Positions 54,750 to 64,000 of a DNA stretch of 64,000 nt are shown piece by piece. Both the position numbers and the translations under genes were made by a program. The stretch comes from Desulforegulaceae bacterium (GTDB taxonomy: Bacteria > Desulfobacterota > Desulfobacteria > Desulfobacterales > JACKCP01). How positions within the stretch are numbered: the stretch's first letter is position 1; the number at the start of each line of letters is the position of its first letter. Location: NCBI GenBank assembly GCA_034006035.1, contig JAVETN010000012.1:19234-83233 (forward strand), written 5' to 3'. The notes under the pieces were generated by a model. That model had not been told where the DNA came from and did no database searches. It saw only the letters and a list, made by a program, of their open reading frames with translations.

Positions 54750-55805
54750 TTAAAAATCGAATTCAATCAAGGGTTTGACTACACCGTCTTCTTTTGTTTC
54801 CATTATATGATAGGCTTTTTCAATTTCATTGAATTTAAAAGTATGACTGGTCATTAAAGTTGGATCAATCTTTTTAAGTTCAAGCAGCCTGAGCAGACGG
54901 GAGAGCCTTAAGTGTCCTCCGGGACAAAGTCCTGTAGTAATTGTTTTTCCCGCCATTCCAACTCCCCATCCAACCCTTGGGATTTTAACAAACTCTCCTG
55001 AACCATGATAGCCTGTGTTTGAAATAGTGCCTCCGGGCTTAGTCACTTCGACGCATTGTTGAATTATAGCTGATGAGCCTAGCGCGTCAATTGTTGAATC
55101 CACACCTTCATTATTAGTAAGTTCGTAGATTTTTTTTACTACGTCTTCTTTTGTAAAATCTATTACAATGTCAGCCCCGTAGTGTTTGGAAAGCTCCTGG
55201 CGTTTGGGCACGCTTTCAACCGTAATTATTAGTCCTGCACCTCTAAGACGTGCTCCTGCAGTACACATTAGGCCTACAGGTCCCTGAGCAAAAACAACCA
55301 CAGTTCCGCCTATGGGGATGTTGGCGTTTTCTGCACCCATGAATCCAGTACTCATCATATCAGTTACATACACAGCAGATTCGTCTGATACATTATTTGG
55401 AATTAGGGCAAGGTTGGCATCTGCTTCGTTGACATGTGCAAATTCTGCAAAGGTGCCGTCTTTGATATTGGAGAATTTCCATCCCCCAAGAGGTCCGCCG
55501 GACTGAGAGGGATAACCTGACTGAGCAGCATCTGAACCCCAGTCGGGGGTGATTGCTCCAACTATTACCCGATCTCCTTTTTTAAATTTAGTTACATATT
55601 CACCAACTTCTTCTACTATACCTGCGACTTCATGGCCAAGTGTAAGGTTTTCTCTTTCTCCAATGGCGCCGTGAACTGTATGAACATCAGATGTACAGAG
55701 AAGCCCTTTTGTTGGACGCAGGATTGCGTCTAGAGGCCCACAGCTAGGACGTTCTTTTTCAATTATGCCTACCTTCCCAATGCTCAACATTGCGAATGCC
55801 TTCAT
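54750..55805 (-). CDS. adh: NADP-dependent zinc alcohol dehydrogenase (Thermoanaerobacter/Clostridium secondary-ADH type)
   Basis: The N-terminus MKAFAMLSIGKVGIIEKERPSCGPLDAILRPTKGLLCTSDVHTV...GERENLTLGHEVAGIVEEVG is nearly collinear with TbADH/CbADH as I remember them. A GxGxxG-like FAQGPVG is present; 351 aa. Confidence 0.88.
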   Translation of the reverse strand: MKAFAMLSIGKVGIIEKERPSCGPLDAILRPTKGLLCTSDVHTVHGAIGERENLTLGHEVAGIVEEVGEYVTKFKKGDRVIVGAITPDWGSDAAQSGYPSQSGGPLGGWKFSNIKDGTFAEFAHVNEADANLALIPNNVSDESAVYVTDMMSTGFMGAENANIPIGGTVVVFAQGPVGLMCTAGARLRGAGLIITVESVPKRQELSKHYGADIVIDFTKEDVVKKIYELTNNEGVDSTIDALGSSAIIQQCVEVTKPGGTISNTGYHGSGEFVKIPRVGWGVGMAGKTITTGLCPGGHLRLSRLLRLLELKKIDPTLMTSHTFKFNEIEKAYHIMETKEDGVVKPLIEFDF

Positions 55806-56122
55806 AGACTCCTCCTTGTTCTTTAAGGTTTTACAAAGTGATTGTTATTTTTATTGATAAACAGCGTTTACATAAAGATTTTATTGGATAATCTTAAGTC
55901 TGTCAATTAAATTAATTTCTGACTAAGTTTTTTGTTTGAGCAAGCCCCTTATTAACCATGGCTTTTTTTTAAAAAAAGTGTTTTGCATTAAAGAGTCTAT
56001 AAAAATTGTTAGAAACCATATTTTAAAAGTGATATTGGTTGTTAAATTTAAAAACTCAGGTAAAAACTAGAAGCTTAAAAGTAAAAGCTAAGAAAAACTA
56101 ATCTATTTTAAGGATAGTAATT

Positions 56123-58126
56123 ATGAAAATCACATTAAAAAGAAAACTTTTATTGTCTATAGTCAGTTCAACTATTTTACCAATTATACTTATCTGTGTT
56201 TTTATTAGTTATACTATTCGTGAAAACTCTATGGAGAGCTTTTTTACTTCAACCGGAAATGAGTTAAATCATATAGAAAAATCTCTTTCTTTATTTCTAG
56301 AGGAAATTAAAGCAAACACCAATCTTTTTGCTCAACATTCTGCTGTTAAAGACATGGATCAATCAATGAATTCATTTATAAATGAAACCATTGCCAAGGC
56401 CACTCCTGAATTTAAAATTGGGTTTACAGAGCGAAAAATTCAACACCTGATTCAAAGTTTATATAAAACGCATAAAGCTTATGTGGATTTATATGCTGCT
56501 TCAAAGTATGGTGGCTTGTCACTGGCCAGTGAGGTTAAAATACCACCAGGCTTTGATCCCAGGACTCGACCCTGGTATAAGCAAGCTATGGATAATCCTG
56601 GCAAAGCCACAATTTCCAAGGCCTACCAAACAGCAACAGGAGAAGGAGACGCAGTGTTAACCGTTACACGATCTGTGGAATCAGGAAATGAAATTGTAGG
56701 AGTTGTTGGGATTGATGTGAGTCTTAAAGCACTGACAGATTTAATAAAAAGCACTAAAATTGGCAAAACCGGATATCTTATGCTTATTCAGGATGATGGG
56801 GTGATTTTGGCTGATCCAAAGACCCCTGAATTTAATTTTAAAAATCTTGGGGAACTTGATATCCCGGCGTTTAACGAAATTAATAAATACAAAGAAGGCA
56901 GCTTTGAAGTAGAAATTAATGGTATAGAATATGCCGTCAGCATATATACTTCCCCTTCGTTTAAGTGGAAGCTTGTCGGGTTGATAGAAAAGCAGGAGAT
57001 AATGGCCAAGGTATATTCCATGCTGCGAATAATTGGAATTTTAGGTGCAGTGATAACAGCTTTTTTTGGCTGTATAGGAATTTTTTTGGCTAACTCTATA
57101 GCTAATCCCATAGATTCAGTTACCAAAGCCATAGGAAAAATAACTCAAGGTGATTTAGCCACCAGGCTTACCATAAAATCAAAGGATGAAATCGGTGAAA
57201 TGGCTTATTCATTCAACTATTTTATTGAAAAGCTTCAAGAAATGGTAAAATTGGTCAGTGAAAACTCCTCCAATGCAGTAACCAGTTCGGAACAGCTTTC
57301 CGATATATCTTCCAAATTACTGACTGGTGCTGAAGATATGTCAGCTCGTTCATCCAGTGTTGCAGGATCATCTGAGGAAATGACCTCTAATTTTAACAGG
57401 GTTGCTTCAGCCATGGAAGAGTCTTCAACAAAAGCAAGTATGGTAGCTGCTGCTGCAGAGGAGATGAGAGCTACAATTAGCGGTATTTCTCACAATGCTG
57501 AAAAAGCAGAGAATGTTTCTTCAAAGGCTGTTGAACAGGCAGGCAATGTTTCTGAACAGATGAAAAATCTTGGCGAAGCTGTCAATAAAATCGGCAGAGT
57601 TACGGAAGCCATCACTGAAATTTCAGAACAGACTAATTTGTTGGCACTTAATGCAACAATTGAAGCTGCAAGAGCAGGAGAGTCCGGTAAAGGATTTGCT
57701 GTAGTGGCAAATGAAATAAAAGGGCTTGCCCAGCAGACAGCTGATGCCACTTTAGATATTCAAAACTTAATTGATAATGTTCAAATTACCTCAAAATCAA
57801 CTGAAGAAGGTATTGGTCAGATATCTTCAGTAATCAGGGAGGTAAATAATATAATATCAACCATAACTGTCGCTGTTGAAGAGCAAGCTTCAGCTACAGA
57901 TGAAATTGCAAGCAATATAGCCGAGGCAAGTAGAGGTATCCAGGAAGTTAGCGAAAATCTAAGCCAAAGTTCTGATGTGGCAGCAGATATAACTTTAGAT
58001 ATTGCTCAGGTTTCAGCAGCCTCTTTGGATATTTCAAGTAGCGGCGGTAGAATCAAACAAAGTTCACAAGATTTACTTGATCAGGCTCAGGAGCTGAATA
58101 AAATAGTTGGAAATTTTAAGATATAA
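56123..58126 (+). CDS. Methyl-accepting chemotaxis protein (dCache-like periplasmic sensor, HAMP, MA domain)
   Basis: Two TM helices flank a ~270-aa periplasmic Cache-like region (RPWYKQA...). HAMP is present ([13 protein letters not shown]), as is the highly conserved hairpin [35 protein letters not shown]. Confidence 0.9.
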   Translation: MKITLKRKLLLSIVSSTILPIILICVFISYTIRENSMESFFTSTGNELNHIEKSLSLFLEEIKANTNLFAQHSAVKDMDQSMNSFINETIAKATPEFKIGFTERKIQHLIQSLYKTHKAYVDLYAASKYGGLSLASEVKIPPGFDPRTRPWYKQAMDNPGKATISKAYQTATGEGDAVLTVTRSVESGNEIVGVVGIDVSLKALTDLIKSTKIGKTGYLMLIQDDGVILADPKTPEFNFKNLGELDIPAFNEINKYKEGSFEVEINGIEYAVSIYTSPSFKWKLVGLIEKQEIMAKVYSMLRIIGILGAVITAFFGCIGIFLANSIANPIDSVTKAIGKITQGDLATRLTIKSKDEIGEMAYSFNYFIEKLQEMVKLVSENSSNAVTSSEQLSDISSKLLTGAEDMSARSSSVAGSSEEMTSNFNRVASAMEESSTKASMVAAAAEEMRATISGISHNAEKAENVSSKAVEQAGNVSEQMKNLGEAVNKIGRVTEAITEISEQTNLLALNATIEAARAGESGKGFAVVANEIKGLAQQTADATLDIQNLIDNVQITSKSTEEGIGQISSVIREVNNIISTITVAVEEQASATDEIASNIAEASRGIQEVSENLSQSSDVAADITLDIAQVSAASLDISSSGGRIKQSSQDLLDQAQELNKIVGNFKI

Positions 58127-58184
58127 CAAGTGGTTTCGGCAAGAAAAGTTTAAATTTAGGTATTAGTAATTGTTTGTTTGAAAA

Positions 58185-58232
58185 GGGGACCCCCATACTT
58201 GATTTTAAGGATATATTAAGTATGGGGTCCCC
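58185..58232. terminator. Strong GC-rich hairpin between the convergent MCP and TMEM43-like genes (bidirectional terminator candidate)
   Basis: GGGGACCCCCATACTT-(17 nt)-AAGTATGGGGTCCCC: 15 bp with one bulged C. Confidence 0.65.
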
Positions 58233-58278
58233 ATAGTTTCTTAGCTTTTACAGGTCAAGAAAAACACTGAATAATTGT

Positions 58279-59478
58279 TTATTCTCCAGCAGGCTCAAGG
58301 CTTTCGCTCATTTCCTGTGTTTGTTCAGCCGGTTTTTTTGCAGCTTTTAACTTTTTTATTATTACCACTGCCAGTCCTATTGCTGCTGCTAGCAGAATTA
58401 TACCCAGTAAAGGACGATAGAAAATCCATCCTATGGCAATGGTTATTAATGAAAGAATTCCTGCCAGCAAAAATGCGATAAGGCCTGTACCCGCACCAAC
58501 AATGGTCCCAAGTATGGGCAATACATCTGCTAGTACAGACAATGGTTTGAAAACCATATTAAATCCAATAAACATTAAAGCAAACCCAACAGCTCTTAAA
58601 AGCCAGGTCATCATCTTATTAGCTGCCTGGGCTTTTTCGATCATTTCCTCTGAACTGTGAGAACCTTTTTGAAGGATTTCCAGTTTTCCTTTAGCTTTAG
58701 TTGAATAAGGTGCAAAGGTATTTCCAGTTTGTTTTGCTATAACGCTTACAGTTGTGGGCTTAGTTATCATAAATCTTATCTTTGTATCCCCAATTTCTGG
58801 AGATGAAGGGCTGGTGCCGATGTAAATACCTGAAGGCTGTACCTTGGCTGTGGCTCTAATTTCTTCGGGAATAGGAGTTTCATTGTCAATTGGAAGGAGA
58901 ACATAATTGTTTATTTTTTTTGCAAGGGAGGGAGAAAGGTCAAAGTCTCCAAGTGTTACATTTTCGGCTGCTAGTTCTGCGGCCTCATATGGGAAATAAC
59001 CCGGGTTTTGATGCCCTTCTGGTTTTCTGAAGCTGGAAGAGCTGATAGGTGTGGAGGACCATCTTTTGCTATAAGTATAGGTTGTTGTAGTTTCTGTTCC
59101 TCCTCCTAATTTTTTCTCTGTTTTGCTGGATGAACTTTCCGCCCATTGGAACATCTCCACTTCTCGTTTTATTTTAAGGGCATTTGCAGAAACTCCAAAA
59201 ATAGGATCTCTGAGTATTTCACCGGTGTCAGCCAGGCCGGTTAAATGAACTAGTTTTCCTTCGTTGCTTTGATCTACATTGTCAGAAGGGATTGAAACTA
59301 CAATTCCCCCGCCTTCTTTTAAGCTTTTGTATCTATAAACAGATCTTCCTTCATTTTTGAAAAGTACAGGGAATGCAACAATAATCATTATTAAACCAAT
59401 CACAATTCCTGTTAACGCATCCTTAATACGACTTGACCATGATTTGGTTGTTACTTCTGTAAAACTGTCTTCTGACAT
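58279..59478 (-). CDS. TMEM43/DUF1625-like membrane protein
   Basis: One N-terminal TM, a ~270-aa soluble domain, then 3-4 C-terminal TM helices. The family assignment is from memory of this topology and is tentative. The ATG at 59478 has AGGAGG 5 nt upstream. The maximal ORF reaches 59541. Confidence 0.55.
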   Translation of the reverse strand: MSEDSFTEVTTKSWSSRIKDALTGIVIGLIMIIVAFPVLFKNEGRSVYRYKSLKEGGGIVVSIPSDNVDQSNEGKLVHLTGLADTGEILRDPIFGVSANALKIKREVEMFQWAESSSSKTEKKLGGGTETTTTYTYSKRWSSTPISSSSFRKPEGHQNPGYFPYEAAELAAENVTLGDFDLSPSLAKKINNYVLLPIDNETPIPEEIRATAKVQPSGIYIGTSPSSPEIGDTKIRFMITKPTTVSVIAKQTGNTFAPYSTKAKGKLEILQKGSHSSEEMIEKAQAANKMMTWLLRAVGFALMFIGFNMVFKPLSVLADVLPILGTIVGAGTGLIAFLLAGILSLITIAIGWIFYRPLLGIILLAAAIGLAVVIIKKLKAAKKPAEQTQEMSESLEPAGE

Positions 59479-59841
59479 CTCTTCCTCCTTTTTCCCTAAT
59501 AATTGATGTTTTGTATTAGATAGTTGAGAATAAGCTGCCAAAATTAAATTATAATTTTGGAATCTTCATTTAAATGCTATTATTGTTTTCAAGTGTCAAG
59601 AGTTATATGTCCTTGTTGTTAGTGTCTTCGCATTGATGAACATTGTTTTACAGTTAACAGGACAAGAATTTTTTAAGTATAAGATGTTTTTTTAATTAAT
59701 TATTGTATCTCTTTAACTCACGGTTTATACATTGTTTTTAAGCAAATAAATATAGAAGTTGTTTTGTTTTTTTTGATTAAAATCATTCATGGGTCCAGCT
59801 GATAATTAAGTGTTCTGTAAAAGAACAAGCAAGGAGGAAGC

Positions 59842-62277
59842 GTGTGCAAAATTTTTAAACAAGTGTTTTTATCTTTTTTAGGTTATTGTCTGTTTATTTT
59901 ACCTGTATCTGCCAAGCCAGTATCGTCATTTTTGTTTCCTGCAGAAAATAAAAATTGCCTGTCCTGTCATCAGGGACTGGAAGTGCCACGAAATTCTGAT
60001 TCCGCCATGATGCAGGAGATTTTTGCAAAGGGCCTAAAATTAGGAGATCCCAATGGATGTGTTGTTTGTCATGGGGGTACTCCTTCAGAAATAAAAGATG
60101 AAAATCGTGCTCACAGCGGAGCTCCGGAAAAAAGTTTAATTAAAGAATTTACACCTGTACCAGGAGCCTTGCAGGTAAATGAAAATACCTGCGGACAATG
60201 TCATCAGGAACATGTTTATAATGTAAAACGCTCCCATATGAATACAGATGCAGGAAAAATGAAAGCTATTACCTGGAGCTGGGGTATAGGTACTGAAAAT
60301 TATGATCATATTTATGGAGATCATGATCTAGACGATCCCGATGGAATTATTCCTACCTTTGGTTCTAAAGATTATAAAAAATATATGAAGGAGCTTGCTA
60401 AAAGTTTTCCAGGGCAATTTCCTAAAAGCCTTAAACAAATTCCGGATGTAGACTTAAAAAAAATTGAAGAAATGCCCGAGCAGGCTGCTTTTACATATTT
60501 ACGCAATTGCAATGCCTGTCATTTAAGTGGAAAAGGTTATCAGGACAGAGGACATTTCAGAGGTATGGGATGTTCTGCCTGTCACTCCCTTTATAGTAAT
60601 GAAGGTTATTATGAGGGAGGGGACAAATCTCTTCCTAAAGATAAGCCAGGCCATCTTATGACTCATTCCATGCAAGGTTCCCGAAAATCAGGACTTAATG
60701 TAAATGATTCATCGTTTTCAGGTGTTCAGGTAAATACATGTGCAGCCTGTCATTCTGCAGGACGTCGTATTGGTCATGCTTATCAGGGGCTTATGGCCTA
60801 TGGACATGGAGCTGACCGAGGGCCTTTTGACAAAGACAGTAATCCCCAAAAAGCAAACAGCGGTTATGTTTTTAAGTTCATCAAGGAAGATGTTCATTAT
60901 AATATGAAGGATACAAAAGGAAAAAATTCCGGCTTACTTTGCCAGGATTGTCATCTTACCACTTCCATGCACGGAAACGGCAATATAGGAGCTACAACCC
61001 TTGCAACTGTTGAAGTTGAGTGTGCAGACTGTCATGGGACCCCTGATAAATTCCCCTGGGAACTTCCTCTTGGTTTTGGAGATGAATTTGGAAAACCATC
61101 AGCAGATAAACCACGTGGACTTGCTGATGCTCCAATGGATATTACACGTAAATTTTCCAAAGTATATGACAAAGAAGGCGGATATTTGATTTCAGCTCGA
61201 GGCAATCCCTTTGGCAATGTTGTTCGCCGCGGTGATAAGGTTCTTGTTCATTCAGCAAATGGACATGATTTTGAACTGACACCTCTTAAAGCCATAAATC
61301 AAAATAAAGAATGGACTAATCCTTCCCAGGCAAAGACTGCCATGGTTGGAATCCCCCAACATATGGAAAAATTGGAATGTTACGCTTGTCATGCCAGCTG
61401 GGCTGCCCAGTATTATGGTTATCAATATACAATTGACTATAGAAAACAGTCTGTTGACTGGCTTGATTCTGCTGAAAAAGTACTTCCCGATGGAACAACA
61501 GCTGATTATAATAAAAATATGGTTCTTCAGCCCGGAGCCCCGACTTCCTGGGATTACAGCCATGTGCGCTGGGAAAATCCTCCCCTTGGAGTGAATGGAG
61601 AAGGGCGGGTTACCCCATTGGTAGGAGTTATTCAGACCATTGGTACTGTTATTGGGCTTGACGGAAAAACTCTTCTCTGGAATAAAGTTGCAAAGACAAA
61701 AGACGGTTATTCAGCCATGGAATTGTCACCACTTAATCCCCATACAACAACAAAAGAAACCCGTAATTGTGCAGATTGTCATGGAAATCCTGCTGCAATA
61801 GGATATGGAATAGACAATGGCCGTTATGGAGCTGACCCTGATATTTCCCGTTATGCAGATGTTCGTACAGGCGAAGGTGAAAACGTAAGTAAATTTACCA
61901 AGGTGCAGATACATGCCATCAAGGAATTGCATGGTGATTTTATGCAGGTTTTACGCCCTGACGGTACTCAGGTTCAGACTTTGGATTCTCACTGGCCAAC
62001 TTCAATGCCTTTAACTCTTGAACAGCGCGATGCTTTAGAGCGTGGAAACACTTGTGTGGCTTGTCATCAGGATATTCCAAAAGGATCAATTCCCATTGCA
62101 ATGCTTGGTAAAATAGCCAAAATTGTTGACATTAGTTTTATGTCGGAAAAAGCCCATTCAAAACTTTTAAGAGAAAACAATATACTAATTTCCTGGGCTA
62201 AATTTTTAGCTATATTAACTCCTGTTGTTGCATTTCCTTTGTTTTTTCTATTTATATGGAAACGTAAAAAGAAATAA
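59842..62277 (+). CDS. Undecahaem c-type cytochrome with signal peptide and C-terminal membrane anchor
   Basis: Eleven CXXCH motifs: CLSCH, CVVCH, CGQCH, CNACH, CSACH, CAACH, CQDCH, CADCH, CYACH, CADCH, CVACH. It has an N-terminal signal peptide and a C-terminal TM FLAILTPVVAFPLFFLFIW followed by KRKKK. The GTG start has AGGAGG 4 nt upstream. Confidence 0.88.
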   Translation: MCKIFKQVFLSFLGYCLFILPVSAKPVSSFLFPAENKNCLSCHQGLEVPRNSDSAMMQEIFAKGLKLGDPNGCVVCHGGTPSEIKDENRAHSGAPEKSLIKEFTPVPGALQVNENTCGQCHQEHVYNVKRSHMNTDAGKMKAITWSWGIGTENYDHIYGDHDLDDPDGIIPTFGSKDYKKYMKELAKSFPGQFPKSLKQIPDVDLKKIEEMPEQAAFTYLRNCNACHLSGKGYQDRGHFRGMGCSACHSLYSNEGYYEGGDKSLPKDKPGHLMTHSMQGSRKSGLNVNDSSFSGVQVNTCAACHSAGRRIGHAYQGLMAYGHGADRGPFDKDSNPQKANSGYVFKFIKEDVHYNMKDTKGKNSGLLCQDCHLTTSMHGNGNIGATTLATVEVECADCHGTPDKFPWELPLGFGDEFGKPSADKPRGLADAPMDITRKFSKVYDKEGGYLISARGNPFGNVVRRGDKVLVHSANGHDFELTPLKAINQNKEWTNPSQAKTAMVGIPQHMEKLECYACHASWAAQYYGYQYTIDYRKQSVDWLDSAEKVLPDGTTADYNKNMVLQPGAPTSWDYSHVRWENPPLGVNGEGRVTPLVGVIQTIGTVIGLDGKTLLWNKVAKTKDGYSAMELSPLNPHTTTKETRNCADCHGNPAAIGYGIDNGRYGADPDISRYADVRTGEGENVSKFTKVQIHAIKELHGDFMQVLRPDGTQVQTLDSHWPTSMPLTLEQRDALERGNTCVACHQDIPKGSIPIAMLGKIAKIVDISFMSEKAHSKLLRENNILISWAKFLAILTPVVAFPLFFLFIWKRKKK

Positions 62278-62336
62278 TTGGAAAACAAAATGAGCTCATA
62301 GAATAGTTTTTGAATGTTTTTTAAAAAAAATGAAGC

Positions 62337-62370
62337 GGTCAAGGTTGATACCTTGGCCTCTTATTATTTG
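62337..62370 (+). terminator. Terminator hairpin downstream of the cytochrome gene
   Basis: GGTCAAGG-TTGATA-CCTTGGCC (8 bp including one G-U), followed by T-rich TCTTATTATTT. Confidence 0.45.
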
Positions 62371-62478
62371 AAAGTGAAAAATTTATATATAAATTAAAAA
62401 GCAGGAAGATCTGTCGCTCTTTTGTTTGAGTTAAAAAGAAGTTGTTCAGTTTTTAGTTTAAAAACTACCCTGATTTAT

Positions 62479-63402
62479 TTACTTTTGGGTCTTAAATTCA
62501 GACCTTATTATTTCCATGGCTGGTTTGCCGTTGGATTGGTTGACTCCTTCAAGCCAGACTTCAACAATGTCTAAGTTTGCAGCTATCCAGTCCCGGGCAA
62601 CTTTTTCTGGTTCTATATCTTCGTATCCAAAGGAATAGATCCACTCACTTTCTGTTTTAGCAGAGACCTGGAATTTTTGAAGAAATTTATAAGCTTCAGG
62701 AAATTGTTTTGAGAAATCTTTATTAACAACAGTGTAAATATAGGACTGGTTTACGAAACTTTCTGTTCCAGGTACACCCTCCAGGTATTTGATTTTATGG
62801 ATAGTATTCATCCAGTGTGGTGCCCAGCAGCCGAAAACCACCCATTTTTTTTGTTTTATTTGTGAACCTACTTCCATCATCATGGCTGCTAAAGTACTTC
62901 CCATTTGTTCCCAGTTCTTTAAGCCAGCGACATTTGCGTCGATGATTCTTTCCATTTCAGTATTCATTCCTGAGCCAGCTTCAAGATTGTAAATGGTTTT
63001 ATTGAACTTGTCTGCATTGGGCTCAAGATCATTAAAAGAACGAACTCCAGCATCCCATACATAATCAGGAACACAAAGACTGGCTATGGAATCATCCTGG
63101 TTTGCAGTGACTCTGTCAATTTTTCCAGCTTTAACCAAAGGATCAACAAGATCATTATGGTGAGGAACCCAGGCTGCAAGCATAACTTCTACTTCACCAT
63201 TGATCATTCCATTGTAAATTATGGCAGGGCCAACATCCAATTGCTTTGTTTTGTATCCAAGGGTTTCCAAAATTTCAGTAACTACTGCTGTTTTAACTGT
63301 TACACCGGGCCAGGGCGGAACCCCGAATCTGATTGCTTGGCCAGCTTGAACAGCAGATGATAAACAAACAAAAGCTATTAATACTAAAATAGTTTTTTTC
63401 AA
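62479..63402 (-). CDS. Orphan OpuAC-family (glycine betaine/choline-type) substrate-binding protein
   Basis: Signal peptide KKTILVLIAFVCLSSAVQA, then FGVPPWPGVTVKT...AAWVPHH...GCWAPHW, an aromatic-box-like pattern. The start is TTG. No permease or ATPase is adjacent. Confidence 0.75.
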   Translation of the reverse strand: MKKTILVLIAFVCLSSAVQAGQAIRFGVPPWPGVTVKTAVVTEILETLGYKTKQLDVGPAIIYNGMINGEVEVMLAAWVPHHNDLVDPLVKAGKIDRVTANQDDSIASLCVPDYVWDAGVRSFNDLEPNADKFNKTIYNLEAGSGMNTEMERIIDANVAGLKNWEQMGSTLAAMMMEVGSQIKQKKWVVFGCWAPHWMNTIHKIKYLEGVPGTESFVNQSYIYTVVNKDFSKQFPEAYKFLQKFQVSAKTESEWIYSFGYEDIEPEKVARDWIAANLDIVEVWLEGVNQSNGKPAMEIIRSEFKTQK

Positions 63403-64000
63403 GTGTTTTCCCTTATTTAATAGAAAATTAAAATTATATTATAATTTAAGTATAATTGCCATTTTTTTAGTGAAAATTTTTAGCCCCAGTCTTTTAGGAA
63501 ATCTTAATATCTGAATTACTTTGGTATGCTTTTGTTTTCTTTTTGGGAATTTAGATATTCATACAAAAGTCAAGTTTCCAAAGATTTGCTAAATCTTGTT
63601 GTCTGAACCTTATTGTCCGGCTACTCTATAATAAAAGCCACAGGCTTTTGGAGAAATTTGAAACTTTTTGATTTTTTTGAATTAGTTTAATTTAGGAGGC
63701 TATTTTTTCATTTAAATATTATATCATTGTTAGTATGAAAGTCAACTTCAAACTGGTGGAAGGGGTTTTTGTATTTCTAAACCAAGCCTTTATACCTCTT
63801 GCTGGTTTCTGAGCTTATATTGTGCAATCCCTGTTTTAAATAAAAAAACGTCTGCTGAGTAACCAGTTCCTACCATGATTTGGTGAAAGTTAACCTTGTT
63901 ATTTCTTATAGTTATATTTTTAAGTTGGAGTTTAAAAACGAGTCTGAAAGATGTGGTAAGGGGCAGAGCTTTTGCTTGGCAATCCTATTTTTAAGAGAAG

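Noticed and set aside
1-64000. Search for CRISPR arrays, rRNA genes, integrases, restriction-modification, toxin-antitoxin or other known defence genes, and in-frame-TGA split ORFs that would suggest selenoproteins.
   Set aside because: I saw no regularly spaced direct repeats, no rRNA signatures and no integrase or recombinase motifs. No adjacent ORF pairs look like one gene split by TGA. These absences come from visual inspection only.

Overview
This is a 64-kb, AT-rich bacterial chromosomal window. Spot counts of 60-nt lines give about 17-42% G+C in most genes. The gene content suggests a low-G+C member of the Desulfobacterota, but that is an inference: kdsA-kdsC-lptCAB-rpoN-hpf-ptsN-rapZ synteny, IorAB, an Isf-type flavoprotein, a multihaem cytochrome and sigma-54 enhancer-binding proteins.

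Layout:
- 1-9.9 kb: partial HD hydrolase, a degenerate HD-GYP-like ORF, a stand-alone motA/motB stator pair, an HTH-EIIA fusion next to a ClC channel, murI, and dnaX-ybaB-recR.
- 9.97 kb: tRNA-Ser.
- 10.3-19.4 kb: a type IV pilus minor-pilin operon (FimT/GspH-like, PilW, PilV, PilX, a 1573-aa PilY1, and a small PilY2-position ORF), followed by a PilB/GspE ATPase.
- 19.5-24.9 kb: EEP-family hydrolase, DksA/TraR-like protein, iorAB, elbB.
- 25.0-35.2 kb: one uninterrupted minus-strand block, kdsA-kdsC-lptC-lptA-lptB, rpoN-hpf, ptsN, rapZ-EIIA(Man)-rimI-gap-tpiA-secG, and four tRNAs (Leu, Tyr, Lys, Glu).
- 35.6-42.8 kb: M23 peptidase, COG1900 homocysteine-synthesis protein, lepB, pyrB-pyrC, and a translationally coupled NtrC-type regulator.
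- 42.8-64 kb: a mosaic accessory region. It holds an extremely AT-rich decayed segment (CI-type HTH/PAS protein, lipoproteins, IS66-family transposase scar), proVWX, an MBL hydrolase, a G+C-rich thioesterase/catalase pair, Isf, an NADP secondary-alcohol dehydrogenase, an MCP, a TMEM43-like membrane protein divergent from an 11-haem membrane-anchored cytochrome, an orphan OpuAC-type binding protein, and 600 bp with no ORF.

I found no CRISPR array, rRNA, intact transposase or integrase, or recognisable defence system. I could not identify an unambiguous new multi-gene system. The best candidates for follow-up are:
- the dead HD-GYP + orphan stator pair;
- the HTH-EIIA + ClC pair;
- an E. coli-type A AAA AAG frameshift site in dnaX;
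- the PilY1 whose vWA domain is interrupted by two golvesin-like modules;
- the TMEM43-like / undecahaem cytochrome divergent pair.

All functional calls come from by-eye motif recognition. No searches were run.
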